Assembly: GCA_973895155.1 (NCBI GenBank) | Contig: OZ316892.1 | Span: forward strand, 3,165,223 to 3,229,222 | From: Marsupella aquatica | Lineage: Eukaryota > Plantae > Marchantiophyta | DNA length: 64,000 nucleotides | Direction: 5' to 3' | Shown here: piece after piece, positions 37,523 through 50,502 of the stretch | How positions within the stretch are numbered: position 1 is the first letter of the stretch | Layout of the letters: each line of letters begins with the position of its first letter | Translations under genes and position numbers: made by a program | The notes under the pieces: model-generated | Told to the model about the DNA's origin: nothing | What the model saw: only the letters and a program-made list of their open reading frames with translations | Databases searched by the model: none

Positions 37523-39132
37523 GTACCTAAAGCCCAGATGGACTGCTAGGTTGTCTCCATCTATCCCCATGGACTGTGAAAGGGGACAGACCATATTACA
37601 CATAATCATGAGACTGCTTAATTGCAAATGGATGGTAAATTCTGTCATTAATTGCCCACCTACATTTCTGTCAAGGTAAGAACATAATGTGCATCAAATT
37701 CTGTCGCGGTAAGAACATAACACCAAAAACTGAAATTAAGAATGTATAATTATGAAATAGAGAATGAAGATGCACCTTTAACATTTCTTGTAGCTTTTTC
37801 CTGTAGCTTCTGTAGCAGCAAAGTACTTGAAGCGCTCCTTGTAACAAGAGCAGCGCCGTATGAACAACATGATTTTTGATAGCTCTGCAGCAAAAAAGAC
37901 GCTCTTTCTGACAAGAACATTGCTCTTTGAAAATATGATTCATCAACAATACTCCCCAAAAGAAAAAATCTTAAGTAGCTCTATAACAATAAAATTAGTC
38001 AAAACACTTTTTATAGCAAGAGCAATGGTCTCTAAAAAATAGGATTCCACAACAACGCTCATGTAAATTAAAATTTCCTTTAGCTTCACAATAGAAAAAT
38101 CTTGGGTCCTCGCTTCTTTTCTTCCAACCCATCGCGTGCGAAGAAGTTAGGGGTTTTTAATTCGAATCCGTGGAAGACTTTACAATTTTGTTGAAGAAAC
38201 ATAGGGGCGTTTTAATCCAATTTTAAGAATTATAAGAACTATAAGGTTTTTAAATATCAAAAGTGAGAATATTCATAGAATATTCCATAAAGTTAGGGGT
38301 AAAAATATAGTAAAACTCAACTTTATTTTCTTAAGTTTTAGGGTGTTATTACTTGTAAACTCCACACGTGATGTGGGCCCTGAGGGAAAATGACTATATT
38401 TCCGATAACAAGCAATGCTCTATAAAAAATATTTTGCAACAACATTTCTGGAAATTGTATAATCATTCCCGCAAAGTATCGATGCCCTAGAATCTCAAGA
38501 AAGTGTGTAGAAAAATTGTAATCTATATGTGACAATTGAGCTTATTGGGTGCCACTGGCCTCCTTGGTGGGAATTGTCTCCTTGGTTCATGAGTAATTGT
38601 GCTGCTTGCTTTCCCCCCTTTGCGGGGCTTTTGAATATTAAAAAATATTTTAGAGTAAATTAAGTTCATTTGGTTTTTACCATTGGGCAAACTACTTAAG
38701 ACGGTATGCATAAAATGTGAAGCACTCAATCTATTCAAAGTTTCATCTACTTTGAATAGATGAAACTTTATAAGGTATTTACATAAGAACCAAATTTAAT
38801 GTACTTTAAATGTTATCTTTTTTATTAAACTCTTAAAAATAGGCAGAGTAATTATGTGGAGGGGAAGGGTATTGGGAGAAAACAACGAAGTTCTCAATAA
38901 AACAATGCTATGGCCATTGACATATTTTTAGGATAGAAGTGGTGACAGAGTTAGTGACAGAGAAAAATTATGGATGGAAGTGCAGATTTGGTTATTGACA
39001 GTGTACTTTATGGACAGAAATGTAATTAACAATGTCCAAGCACATTTTTATGTTTTGATCCAGTCCATGCAGGTTTGGTTTATCCATGAGAGCTTCACGA
39101 ACAACGTGCAAGTCCATCCGGGCTTTAAGTTC
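37523..39132. mobile_element. Older non-autonomous Mutator-like element
   Basis: Termini GTACCTAAAGCCCAGATGGACT and (reverse complement) GAACTTAAAGCCCGGATGGACT. Flanks AAAAAATGG and TAAAAATGG give an 8/9 TSD match. Confidence 0.55.
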
Positions 39133-39281
39133 TAAAAATGGATAATAGTTTTGGAACATTTTCTTTATAAAATAGGTCTATTTATATTAGGCTAGGATTG
39201 CACATGGTACTCCAAAATATACACTTAGTTAATCCCCTCAGCCTAACATAGGATTGCCCCATCTCTGTCTAATTGGTTAAT

Positions 39282-39930
39282 CTTTCTCCACTATCTTCAA
39301 TCTTCCAAGTTCTCATTTGAACATTTGTAGTACCAGCCAGATCTTCACTTCCACCCAAGGCTGCAGTGGGGCCATACTTGAGCTCACACAAATTGCTGCA
39401 CCACTACCCTGCACCACTACCCTGTGCCCTCCAAGTCATTGGAGCCTTACACCGACCCCAATGGCCAAGTGTAAGTGGCACGCTTCAAGACTGTCCATCC
39501 ATTTTCAGGGCTAGTTTGCCATTGTGACCTGGCTTTAAGTTCATCCCCTATCACCAGTTCTGCTTACCAACAATTGGCCACTTGGAGCTCTCATTCTGAC
39601 TGGGGGTTCAAGCAACCCTGATCATGGCTTACCTATCCAAAGTTTGAGATCAGGTCCACCCCGAGAAGCCTCTAATGATTTGCTTTACCTGACAGAGGCT
39701 CATGAGCTCCAACTATCCGGAGGAGGGAAGAACACCTTAGAGGGAATTCAACAAATCTTTCCCCTTGTACCCAAGCTAGTCTTACAAATTTGGTTATTAG
39801 TATTGCAACAAGCAGAGTTTTCTCTGACTTCACCGTCCTCAGGTATGATTCACCACCTTTCTAGTCCCAGCAGGTATGCTCACTACAGATCATGGTCAGT
39901 GGAGGGTGATCCCAGGGAGCTGATCCCTAG
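39282..39930 (-). pseudogene. Decayed nuclear large-subunit (25S/26S) rRNA fragment
   Basis: The - strand shows colinear matches to conserved LSU sequence: gtgagcatacctg..ggga..gaaag.tggtgaa; ggatagttggagctc; gagagctccaagtgg..ttggtaagcagaactgg; aactagccctgaaaatggatgg; ttcaaatgagaactt. It carries many substitutions and an internal deletion. Confidence 0.88.
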
Positions 39931-40615
39931 TGTCCGGTTACTTGTGTTTTTTTTTTTTAAATTTAATTTTTAGAAATGTGCCTGTACAGGTTTGTCACGT
40001 GCTCATAACACAATCAATGTGCCTGAGAAAGTTTGGAGCACCCTAAACTTTACTATTCTTGTCAACATTAAATATTAACCTTTTACAAATGGTAATACTA
40101 CAAAGGCAGGTTGCACAATTGCACTACTTGGTCCCGACTGCTCTTAGATGTTTAAGTATATAGTTAAGGACGGGAGGTATCCCTTTATGGGATATGATAG
40201 TTGACCATATACGGTAGACCTGCATATGCTAGGGGACCGTATAGGGGAGACTAATTATCCCCTAAACTAAGGGATGCGTGGTCGGCCTTAGCACTCCGTT
40301 GAGGCGGGCGTTGAGGTTGGCAAACACTGATAAAATGCATTTTATTGTGTGTTCTAGCAGCTCATGTATACCCAGCTCATGTTTTGGCAAAACCAATCGG
40401 CTGACAGGCCGTATATTATACCATTCATTTTTAATGAGATGTAATCCTTGAAAAATGTGCTTATGTGTCAACTTGTAAGCGATATAAAAGGTGAATGATG
40501 AACCAGACAACGTTAAGGTGAAGTTTACATTCATAAGTCTCTCTATCTTGTCTTGGTCCACTAAATCTATACAACTCTGACATTATGAGCACTAGATAGC
40601 CTTATAGCTAAAAGA

Positions 40616-42050
40616 TGCGACTTACGGTGGCTTTACAAGACGTTAGGGGCAGTTTCCACATTATTTTTGTCTCCAAGATTTGATCAGAGCCATCCATTTC
40701 AGAGAAACTGCTGCTGTTCACTTTACAAAATGTTGGGGGCACTTTCAACCGAACCTGTTATCAATCCTACATGGAATGCAGTGGGGCCCAATTTTTGCTT
40801 ATGTGGAGCACTCTTTTGTCCTAGATTTTAGACCACCTCTCTTGGTGGTCTGGCTCTTCTTCTGGCCGCTTGGTCCATTTCTATTTTAAGTCATTTGCAT
40901 CAAAAAGGGACCCACAAGTCTGTCATAAGATATTCTCTTCTCACATTTACAAAGACTTTAGCCAAAGGTTTTGTGACATTCAGGTGGAGTGGGTCCTCAA
41001 TCCGTCTTTTAGTCAATTAATCTGGCACCAATTGGCTGCACTTGGCTTTACAAGACCTTGGGGACAATAAAAGAATTCAAAAAATGCTTTTAGCCCGGGA
41101 CACTATATTTAGTGTGTGCAATGGCACTCCAGTTGCTTTGGTGAAAAAAACTCCCAAGTGCCCCCGACATCTTGTAAAGTGCGACTTAGGGTGGCTTTAA
41201 AGCATTTGGGGGCAGCTTCAACTGTTTCCTTGTCTCCAAGATGTGATCAAGGTCATCCAGAGGGAGATGCTAACATTGGGGCAATTTCTTTCAATACATG
41301 TTGCAGATCCTACATGGAATGGAGGGGTAAGGGAGATGCTAACATTGGGGCAATTTCTTTCAATACATGTTGCAGATCCTACATGGAATGGAGGGGTACA
41401 TGTTGCAGATCCTACATGGAATGGAGGGGGCCCCCTTATGTTAGGTATATTTTCTTACTAGTTTTTAGACCACCTCTGTTGGCGGTCTCTTCATTTGCCC
41501 ATTTGCCCCCTTGGTCCGTTCCTATTTTTAGTCATTTGCATCAAAACTGTGGACCCACAAGTCATTCATCAGATTTTTTCTTGACAGAGCTAGGAGAGCT
41601 CTAGCCTAAGAATTACATAATCTCCAGCGAAATGGGTCCTTAATTTGTTTCTTAGGAAATAACTCCAACAGTTTTAGCTGGAGTTACATTTACAAGAGGC
41701 TGGGTCCTTAACTTGTTTCTTAGCAAATAATTCCAGGAGTACCCGCTGGAGTTACATTGACAAGAGGTTAGCCATAAAAGGATTCCAGAAACTGTTGTAT
41801 CCCTGCTCTATTTTTAGTATCTGAATTGCCCTCCAGTTTACGTTGGTGATAAAAATTTCAATAGTGCCCCCACACTACTTTACGTATCTGAATTGGCCCT
41901 CCAGTTACTTTGGTGATCAAAATTTCAAAAGTGCCCCCAACTTCTTGTCAAGATACCTTAGAAAGTGTCTCACAATTCTTGCACCTACCCACCATTATCA
42001 GCCTTCAGGCCTCATAAGAAACATCTCAAGGAGATTTGACATACTCTAAA
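40616..42050. repeat. Diverged long-period tandem repeat with nested recent duplications
   Basis: Units starting near 40616 and 41180 share 'gcgactta.ggtggcttta', 'tgtctccaagat', 'cctacatggaatg' and 'agtcatttgcatcaaaa'. An exact 69-bp x2 plus a partial copy lies at 41261-41429, and a ~68-bp pair at 41817-41938. Confidence 0.8.
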
Positions 42051-42641
42051 CCTTTGCTCCAAACTTCTTGGCAAGAACTAGTGACTCCAGTGCATGGCTC
42101 TAAACTCGTAGGCAAGGACTAGTGACTCAAGTTGTTGTGCAAGAGCTGTCTTGCCAGGGCACTTGCAAGAAGTGACCAAATTGAAAGATTTCTGCTTCAG
42201 TGATTGGCCCACAACATTGCCCGAATTGTCTTGCGATTCAAAATGAGCTAATTGAGGATGACAACATGCAAACTTGAGCAGCACTGTCAAACTTCAATTC
42301 GCTACTTAGGATTTGGTCGAATTTGAGGTGACCGTTCTATAAATCAGACGTATGGTCAAGAGGGCACAACATACAGAGAAGAAATCAAGCCTCGGCATAG
42401 TACTCAGCCTTGCAATAGAAATTTACACGAGGCAGGGAAGGCCAAGTTTTTCCTCATACAAACAACATACGGATCGCAAATTATCATTTTAATATTGCAA
42501 CTGGGGGCGAGAACCATGTTGGGAGCGCCGACCTTTTCTACAGTAAGAACAGTAGAACACAGTTGCTTTTCTGAGCGTACAACAAGGTCTCAGAACTACA
42601 GTGTACCAGTGGGAAAGAAGCATCCCAGATGCGAGTAAAGC

Positions 42642-45600
42642 CTATGTAACCTGTCTTTGCTTCAACCTGGAATTGTGGGCCAAGGTCGCCTGAGCTCCTC
42701 CCATGGTTGACCTTCCCTTGTCTCCTGATCCCTGAACAATCAGCCAAATCTCAGTATGTAAGGATCTGAACGTTAATTGTACTCATGTAAATGTTCTAAA
42801 AAACCCCTGTATACATTAATCAGTGATTTCAAAGACAACCAGCATGATTCATATACTAGCAGTAAGATTATCCAGAACAGTAACACCAAATGGTCGAAGA
42901 TAGCGTGTACCCTGTTGGCCAACTCTTGATAAACACTTTCAAGGCAGCGCTTCAGATCCCCATACGATGCAAAAAGCATTGACCTCTCATCACGACTCAA
43001 CAATATCATTTTCTCAGGTACCCCTGCATCCAACTGCTTACCAAAACGAGATCAAACAATGCGGGAACCCATATGAGAAGTCACAGGTCCGTCCTATGGG
43101 CACAATGAGGCTGAAAAACGAAGATCCTACCCGAACAAAAATCCTCAAAACGAAGAACAATTGTTCCAAGCCCTGAATGATAGACATTCTGTATACTGGC
43201 AGAGACGTAGGTTTAGTACCTTGTTCAAACAGTTGATCACGTGGGCCCAGTCAATCAATGGAGTTCCATCCTCAGTACTCTGAAACAAGAAAGTACACAG
43301 TCACTTGAGATGCCATGAGCTTTACCCAATCGTGCATCTTCCCTTAGTCCACCAATCGGAATCGTTGCAAAACTCCAGAAATCGAACAAAAAGCGCTACT
43401 TGGTTCTGCGCGAATAACCAGGCTACCCACTGCTTTCAATCCCCGTTTGCAATAGTTCGTTTGCGATCACTAACTTAAGATTTCTGGTACAGTTAAGAGT
43501 ATACACAACCATGCAACATATACCACCATGGAATAAAAATAAATATTCTCGAAATTAATCAAAATAATAAGTAAACTGCTGAGATCCGACAATGGTCTGG
43601 GACGCTGCTCCCAGCTGAAAGATCAAATTGATATCGAGCACCTCACTGACTTGTGAACAAGACTCAGCATCAACAAGACCATAGCATATCCATACACTCT
43701 CCTTAAGGAGATCTCACCTGATGGAAGACAAAGTCACGGAAAAGCTTGAGGAGATAGCGATCACCAGTGTCTGACCAACCAGGTTCCATATCATCTTCAG
43801 GTTGCTCATTGGTCATTCCAAGCTTTATCAAGATTCGCAAGAGCCGACCATTTTCAGTTTCCTTGCTCAATTCAGTCATCAGTTCATCATTTTGGAGATG
43901 TGATTGCTCAATCTGCAGCACGAGAATCGTTGCCAATCATTACTAGATCTAGATTTCCTCAGCCAACCAGTAGCCCTTTCAAGAATCCATTTCTCTACAT
44001 TGGAGTCTTTCTGATCCTCCATTCCTTTAATTGAGAGAGAGAGGATTTAAATAGGTACCTCACCAAACATGCGCTGCGTTAAAACATGATATAGTTGACG
44101 GATACTACTGATGCCTCCCCCATCAGACTTATCTAAGGAAGAAGCCAGCAATGCCTGAGTGACCTGTACAAGGTCTGCTGAATAGTGGGCAGCCATGAAA
44201 TCCAGTGAAGGATTCACCACCGACCCACATGCCAATGACAATATGAGGCGTCCAAATCCTGCCAGATCTTCTCTCTGAAAACAGGGAAACTCTATAATGT
44301 CAGAGACTCCGGGTTCGATTGACACTGCATACAATGCTACTGACTTTCATTGGCACAAGAATATACAGATTCATCTGTAAATAAAAACAAGTACAACATT
44401 GGCCTGTCGAAGTAATGCCTGGTATCACTCGGCGATAGTTGAGACGATTCAGTTATCATTTGATCGGACATTTCTAAGCAGCTACATATCTTTGCCTGTG
44501 AAAAATTGGCTTGGGCTGCAAACCTGGAAGATGCGAGGGTCGTCTCCAGAATCTCCATTCAAGACATCAAGAACCCCAACACTGCTTACTCGTAAGCGTC
44601 CCATGGTAGGAAGAATTACTTTAGAGGGATGTAAACCTCCAGGTCGAAAGAACAGTCCCGCCGAATGCACTGCTCGAAGAACTGCTGCTAATTGAAGCAT
44701 ATAGCTCCACAGTTGATCTTCACTGACCTGAATTCACAAGCCTTACAGTAAATGACGTGAACCAAGTCTTGATTACCATGTAATGCTTATAACTCGAATC
44801 TTAGATTGGACCAAAAAGAGAGATTCTGTACTACATGTCATTCGTTTACAATCTAGCACCGCACACCAATCCCGGATGAGCATGATCCCATGATCCTTTG
44901 AGTTGAGATATCAATACTGTCTTCGTGAAAGGTAAACCCTATTAGTTATGAAATTCTTAAGTTCCAAACTTAGGCAAGTAAAAACATCTGTAACTGATCA
45001 GCCGCTAGATCATATTCTACCAGAGACTATTGACAAAGATGGCGAAGGTGAAGCACCACAACAATTAGCTCATCCACTTCCCCAGTGCCCAAACCGAGAA
45101 GCCATCCAAGTGAGACCACTCTTCAGATCCCAAATCATCAGAACATTACGATACCAATCAGCCTTCATCCAGCGACTAAGAGAGCTTCAGGTTTCCTACC
45201 AAACACATAAAAATCCATATAGACTAGCCAGAGATGTGTTCTAGTTCAGCCTACAGGTCTGCTCGGGACCGGAAATGTTAAAGAATCAGTTTCTGCGAGG
45301 CCCGGAAGACACTGGGGAGAGGACAAAACGTCAACATTTACAGAATGAACGCTCTCTCTACCTGCATTGATAGATCTAACAACTAATTGTCTAGGAGCCC
45401 GATCTAGGTTGTGAAAGGTAAGAGTCGTCTTTCCACTTCAACTAAAGGAAAATATTATCTTGTATGCCAATTAACACCATAATTTCTTAGATGAAATAAA
45501 GTCAGCCAGTGGAGGCTCACCATCATCGGAGCTACACCACCTGCTTGCTCTTGATGTAAATGCATGGCCTCCAAAGTAACTGCACCAGGGTAATAGTCAT

Positions 45601-48600
45601 GTACAAAGAACAACGCAGGAGAGTCCTCAATCTCCCGGCTCACAAAAGTTTCCCGAATCGCCACAATGTACGGATGCCTAGCAAGAGGAGCCCACCTCTC
45701 TACTACCTCTGCAGCAGAAGCTGCCAGATCCCCACTTGGTGGCACCTGTCAAGCAAGAGGGGAGAGGCAACATAACCTACATGACTTGCTTCTCTTCATG
45801 TTTTTAATGCGTAAAAAGTTTTGGCAAACATAAACATTCGTTTTTTTTCAAAAAGGACCCGAGAACTGCCACCCATGTTGGAGGCGTGTGCACTAAGTTT
45901 ATCTGAAATGCGGCAATAGAATCTATGCTACAACAAGCGATGATCAACCTGCCGGTGGTCAATGCGCCGGATAGCATATGCCAGACCATCTGAAGAAGAT
46001 ATGCCCTTGAAAATCATGGAGCTGACAACAAATGCCGCGCTTGAAGACTCGTCTTTTCGATTAACATCTTCCAAGGGATATAATGTATTAAACCGTTGAA
46101 CCACTTCTGGCAAATCGACTAAATTTTGATCTGTATCCAGCTGCATCCCATTTCCAGAATGTTACAATCATCAGAAGAAGCCACTGTCACCTAAGGCCCG
46201 CTGCAAAAGTAGCTAAAGTTCATTTTCTACTCCGGTAGTTAAACTATGATAAGCTCGCGCAAGTACAAAATGCGAAACTTTCTTCCAGATTGATTTCAAA
46301 CACACAAAAGACATGTTCCATAACGATAAGTCTAGGAAACAATAACGATGGAGGCCACAATCCAAGTAGACCTGAGCATGGATGAGGGCGTGTCTCCTCC
46401 GAAGCTCTTCTCGTAATTGATCTGCCATAAATCGAGGTCCTAATGGCACAGCACCAACATTGGACTGTCCACGGATTCTTCCTTCACCTCGCCCTGCAGA
46501 TCCACTGAACGGCCCTCCTTGTGAGACATGAGGCAGGTTACTTATGCCTTGACCAGGGCCGAGAAAATACGCTGCTCCCCCATGTGTTGTAGCTGGACCT
46601 GCAGCTACATTAGGCACAGGAGAAGGAGATCGGAAAGGGAGACGTGGTTGGGTTTGTACAGGTGAGGTGATTGCCCTTTGATTTGATAATTGGGGTCTTT
46701 GTTGAAGCAATTGCATGTGTTGCTGGTGCAGCAACTGTTGTTGCTGCAACTGCTGCTGTCGTTGCTGAGCTGATTGCAAATGTTGCTGTTGCTGGTGTGA
46801 GGGTGATTGTTGCTGCTGTTTTTGCTGTTGTTGAATGGTTGGAGAGCCTGTCGCAGTTTGTTGTTGTGAATCTAGATCTGATTGCAACGAAGGGAGAAGG
46901 TCTGATGCTTTGGAATCTCCACCAAAGAGGTTTGGAGAAGAAGCAGAAGATGTCAGTTTTCTACCATCGCTCATAGGACTCATGTCAGATGGCAAATGGA
47001 AAGAATGCTGCTTCTCCACTGTTGGTACGCCACCATGCTTTGAAGAGTCTGCTTTTTGTGTTGGTCTCAACGAGAAAGGTGGTGTCTGACCTGGCAACTG
47101 CAGTTGGGGATGCTGCTGAATCTGCAGCTTCTGCATATGTTGATGAATTTGCGGTGCCCTGGCAGAGGGTGCCTGCATTTGACTAGATCCATAACTTAAT
47201 TGAGAAGAAGGGAAACCACTTCCAGCCTGCAAACCTCCAGTACCATCACCCACTATGCCCATACTTGCCATAGTCTCTGGGGGTGGGAGAACTGGCAGGC
47301 TACCGTTACTACGGGCCATGGGGATTGCAAATGCGGGATTGGGAGGTGACATGGCTGTCATACCCAACGCAGGGTCATCCCCGTCAGGTAATCTGAAAGG
47401 CTGCATGACCATCGGGACCTCCATAGTCATGTAGGGACTGCTCATAGAATTGCCTCCCATTCCCCGAGCTGCAACGGCCATGAATTGGGCAGCTTGATGT
47501 TGCTGGAGCTGCTGGAGCTGAGATATATGTTGCCGAAGCTGCAGCTGCTGGGGAGGAACTCCCATGCCGATTGGTGATTGGTCAGACAAAGATCGCCCGA
47601 CTCCCATGGTTCCACCATGCAGGTGCTGTTTCGCTTTTGGTACATACGGAGGAGCACCAAGGGAAAAAGACACACCAGAAGGAACATATGGAGGCGCACT
47701 TGCACTGCCAATGGTACTTGGTGCGTTGGATGCTGGGATACTTGGAGTGCTGCCATTGATAGTGTTGCTGACATATAAACCGCTAGGCACAAATGGTTGA
47801 GCATTCAGACTTGCCGGTAGTGTACTGCTTGAAAATGTTGGACCTGAAAGACCTTCAGAAGTCCCACTGCCATCTGATTGCAAGGAGCCTCCAGCGATGC
47901 CAAGAGATGCAGATGTGTTAGGATTGCTCCCATCAATTCCAGATGTGCTTGTAGAACTCCCATTTTGAGACGAGGCACTGGTCACCGACAAACTTGCTGA
48001 AGTAACATACGACGCAGGGGAACTAACACTTCCCAAGACTCTTCCTCCACCAGGTGTTAAACCACCCCAAGCAGTCAAGGATGCTCTCTGAGCAGCAGCA
48101 ACTGCTGCGGGTACGAATGCTGGAGCAGTGACTGGAAGACCTTTACTCCGGATTGATACACCTGCTGGGGCGAAAGAGGGGCAGTGGAGAGATTTAACAC
48201 ACGAAGCTCATGACCGGTCATATTGAGTGGAACGTGTGACTTACACCAGTCAATACCAAGTCAACACAAAATGTACATTGTGGAAAAGCAAGAGTAAGAT
48301 CAGAATTCACCACTTGTGCCTGAGGTTACTGGTACTCCGCCTCCAACACGGCTTGCAGGAACAGTCCAAGTAGGTGATGGTGCCAAACTGGAAACCCCAG
48401 CAGTTGTTGGTGTTGGCGGGCTTGAGGGGCATAGCACATTTCGAGAACTACGGATTCAGATATAGGGTGGCACAACATTCTACAAAGGAAGCTCAATTTA
48501 TCTTATGTCCCAAAGGGGAATGCACAATGCGTATTTTCATGCAGAGCTATTGGCAAACAAGGACGACAACTTGTAGGTTCGATGTAGTATATGACTACAT

Positions 48601-50502
48601 TGAAAAGTCAATCTCTTCGACCAATGCATCCTCAAGCATTCCTACATCGAGGAGACTGTCAAAGAGGAACCTCTGCGGACTCTATCACGGCGTAGTTCTG
48701 GGTATCGCTTCCTTGTTATATGCTGAAACCTAAGGCAGGGCCAATCGATTTGCTGAGAAAAATGCAGTGCAACACTTACCCAGAGCGTGTCAACCCTGGA
48801 ATGGTATGATTATATTCACAACCATCACTCTCATTCTGCGCACGAAACAAAAGCAGTGGCCACGTGAATTACCCCACTTCACACAACAATCTACAGGAGA
48901 CGAGCAACTCCTGTCCGTCCTGGGAAGAATATCACATTTTCTATCTACGTGCCACCAAGACACTAAGATATGAAGGTTGAATAATTCACTCTCCAAGTAT
49001 ATTTGTTTTCAGGTCGACTAAGAAGAAAAGCAAAAGATAACAGACGTGCATGGATAATGGTGGCTACAAATAAGTAAAATTTACCTTGCAATAACCAGTC
49101 AACAAGAGCTCCTTGCAGGCCTTTTCTCGCTTGGGGACTGTAACGAAGAGTGAACAAACAAGAACTCAATTATACTTTCCCACTGAACTAACAAGTAACG
49201 AGGCCTATGTTCTTTTACCACATCTCTACATGGCTACACCAAGTTGAATTGCTTCAAACTTAAATCAGATGCAAGCCTACAGAAATTGTCTAGTGGTTGA
49301 CTCAAGCCCATTTCTACCACTAACAAGGTCTATTGCAGTAGTTCAATGAACGACCAAGCCTGTAGAAGAAATCGATTAGACACTAAAATCTGAGGCAAAT
49401 ACCTGACAGTTTGACAATTTCCAACTCCCAAATGTGGATATGGTACAAGAGAGAGAAAGAGTACAGGCAGAGGCAATGCCTGTCCTCATTAGACATGCGA
49501 AGCCAAATGGGGATGTGCAGGACAAGGGAGTGTGCTCAGGACATCACCCACATGATCTCGTGAACGTGTACCCACCAGCTCTTCCTGATGTAGCTCTATC
49601 AGCACTGTTGTGGGCAAAGTTGCATTGGTCGCCAAAGAAGCATGTCCCTGATGTTGCCCAATAACGACAAGTGATGTTGCTGCAAGAAATTCACACTAAA
49701 TGAAACTTTCCTCGAGTGATAGTCATCCCCTCTTAGGTACGTTACTAAAAGCAAAGCTCCATTTGTAAATATATGCGACATCCTACTCCATAAACTCGGG
49801 TGCTGGGGTTAACGAGCAATATACTCCAATCTGCCATGGCCACAAAACTGAGCCAGAATGCAGTAATCCTGTGAATCTGAAAATTCCACAGTGCAGAAAA
49901 CTTTTGCCCTAATGCACGGGCAGAAGGTTGCGAGATAATTAACATATTAAACAGACTGAGGAGGGCTTCGCTAGTCGCAGCATTTTCGACGCTTGTTTGA
50001 AGGACCAAAGGAAAGCGTTTCCAAATCCAGAAACATCAAGCTCGGCCAACTGCCTTCACAAGCAAAAGTAACACGATCGCAAAATCCCGGGTCTGCAATT
50101 TAGAACTACAAAGTTCCAAACCAACTTGCAAGTCTAGATCACAGAAGACTGCTAACCTCCTAGACTTTCATGGAAAGCGTATCTGGGAAGTGCGCCAAGC
50201 ACTAAGCATCTCGAAAGGAGAGATTTTTTCTTTCGGCCTGTAAGTAAAGCTCGCGGGTGCGTTAGAGGACACCTTTTTGCAAATGGACTATAACACGAGA
50301 ATCAAAAGATTCTTGACTCTCATAAATCACATTCAGTGAGATGAGAATTCAGACAGTACAATGCAAGTCATCAGCAAAGAATACAAACAATACAAGGACA
50401 GCAACACAAGCACCCATGGACGCTCTTATAGTGTAAAGGCATTGAGCAGGTCGAATGGAACGGAACATACCTGGCAGGGAGCTTCTGATGCGGAGCACTC
50501 AT
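42642..50502 (-). CDS. PAN3: PAN2-PAN3 deadenylase subunit PAN3 (CCCH zinc finger, PAM2-like motifs, low-complexity linker, pseudokinase, C-terminal knob)
   Basis: Start [11 protein letters not shown] (50502-50471). CCCH finger [20 protein letters not shown] (exon from 49679). Large exon 48161-46372. Pseudokinase [14 protein letters not shown] and LRAVHSAGL. Knob [53 protein letters not shown]. The last exon (42731-42642) is inferred. Confidence 0.93.

Noticed and set aside
39282-39930. Functional rRNA gene, or target site of the RLE retrotransposon
   Set aside because: Partial, internally deleted and heavily mutated, and about 27 kb from the retroelement with no element junction in it.
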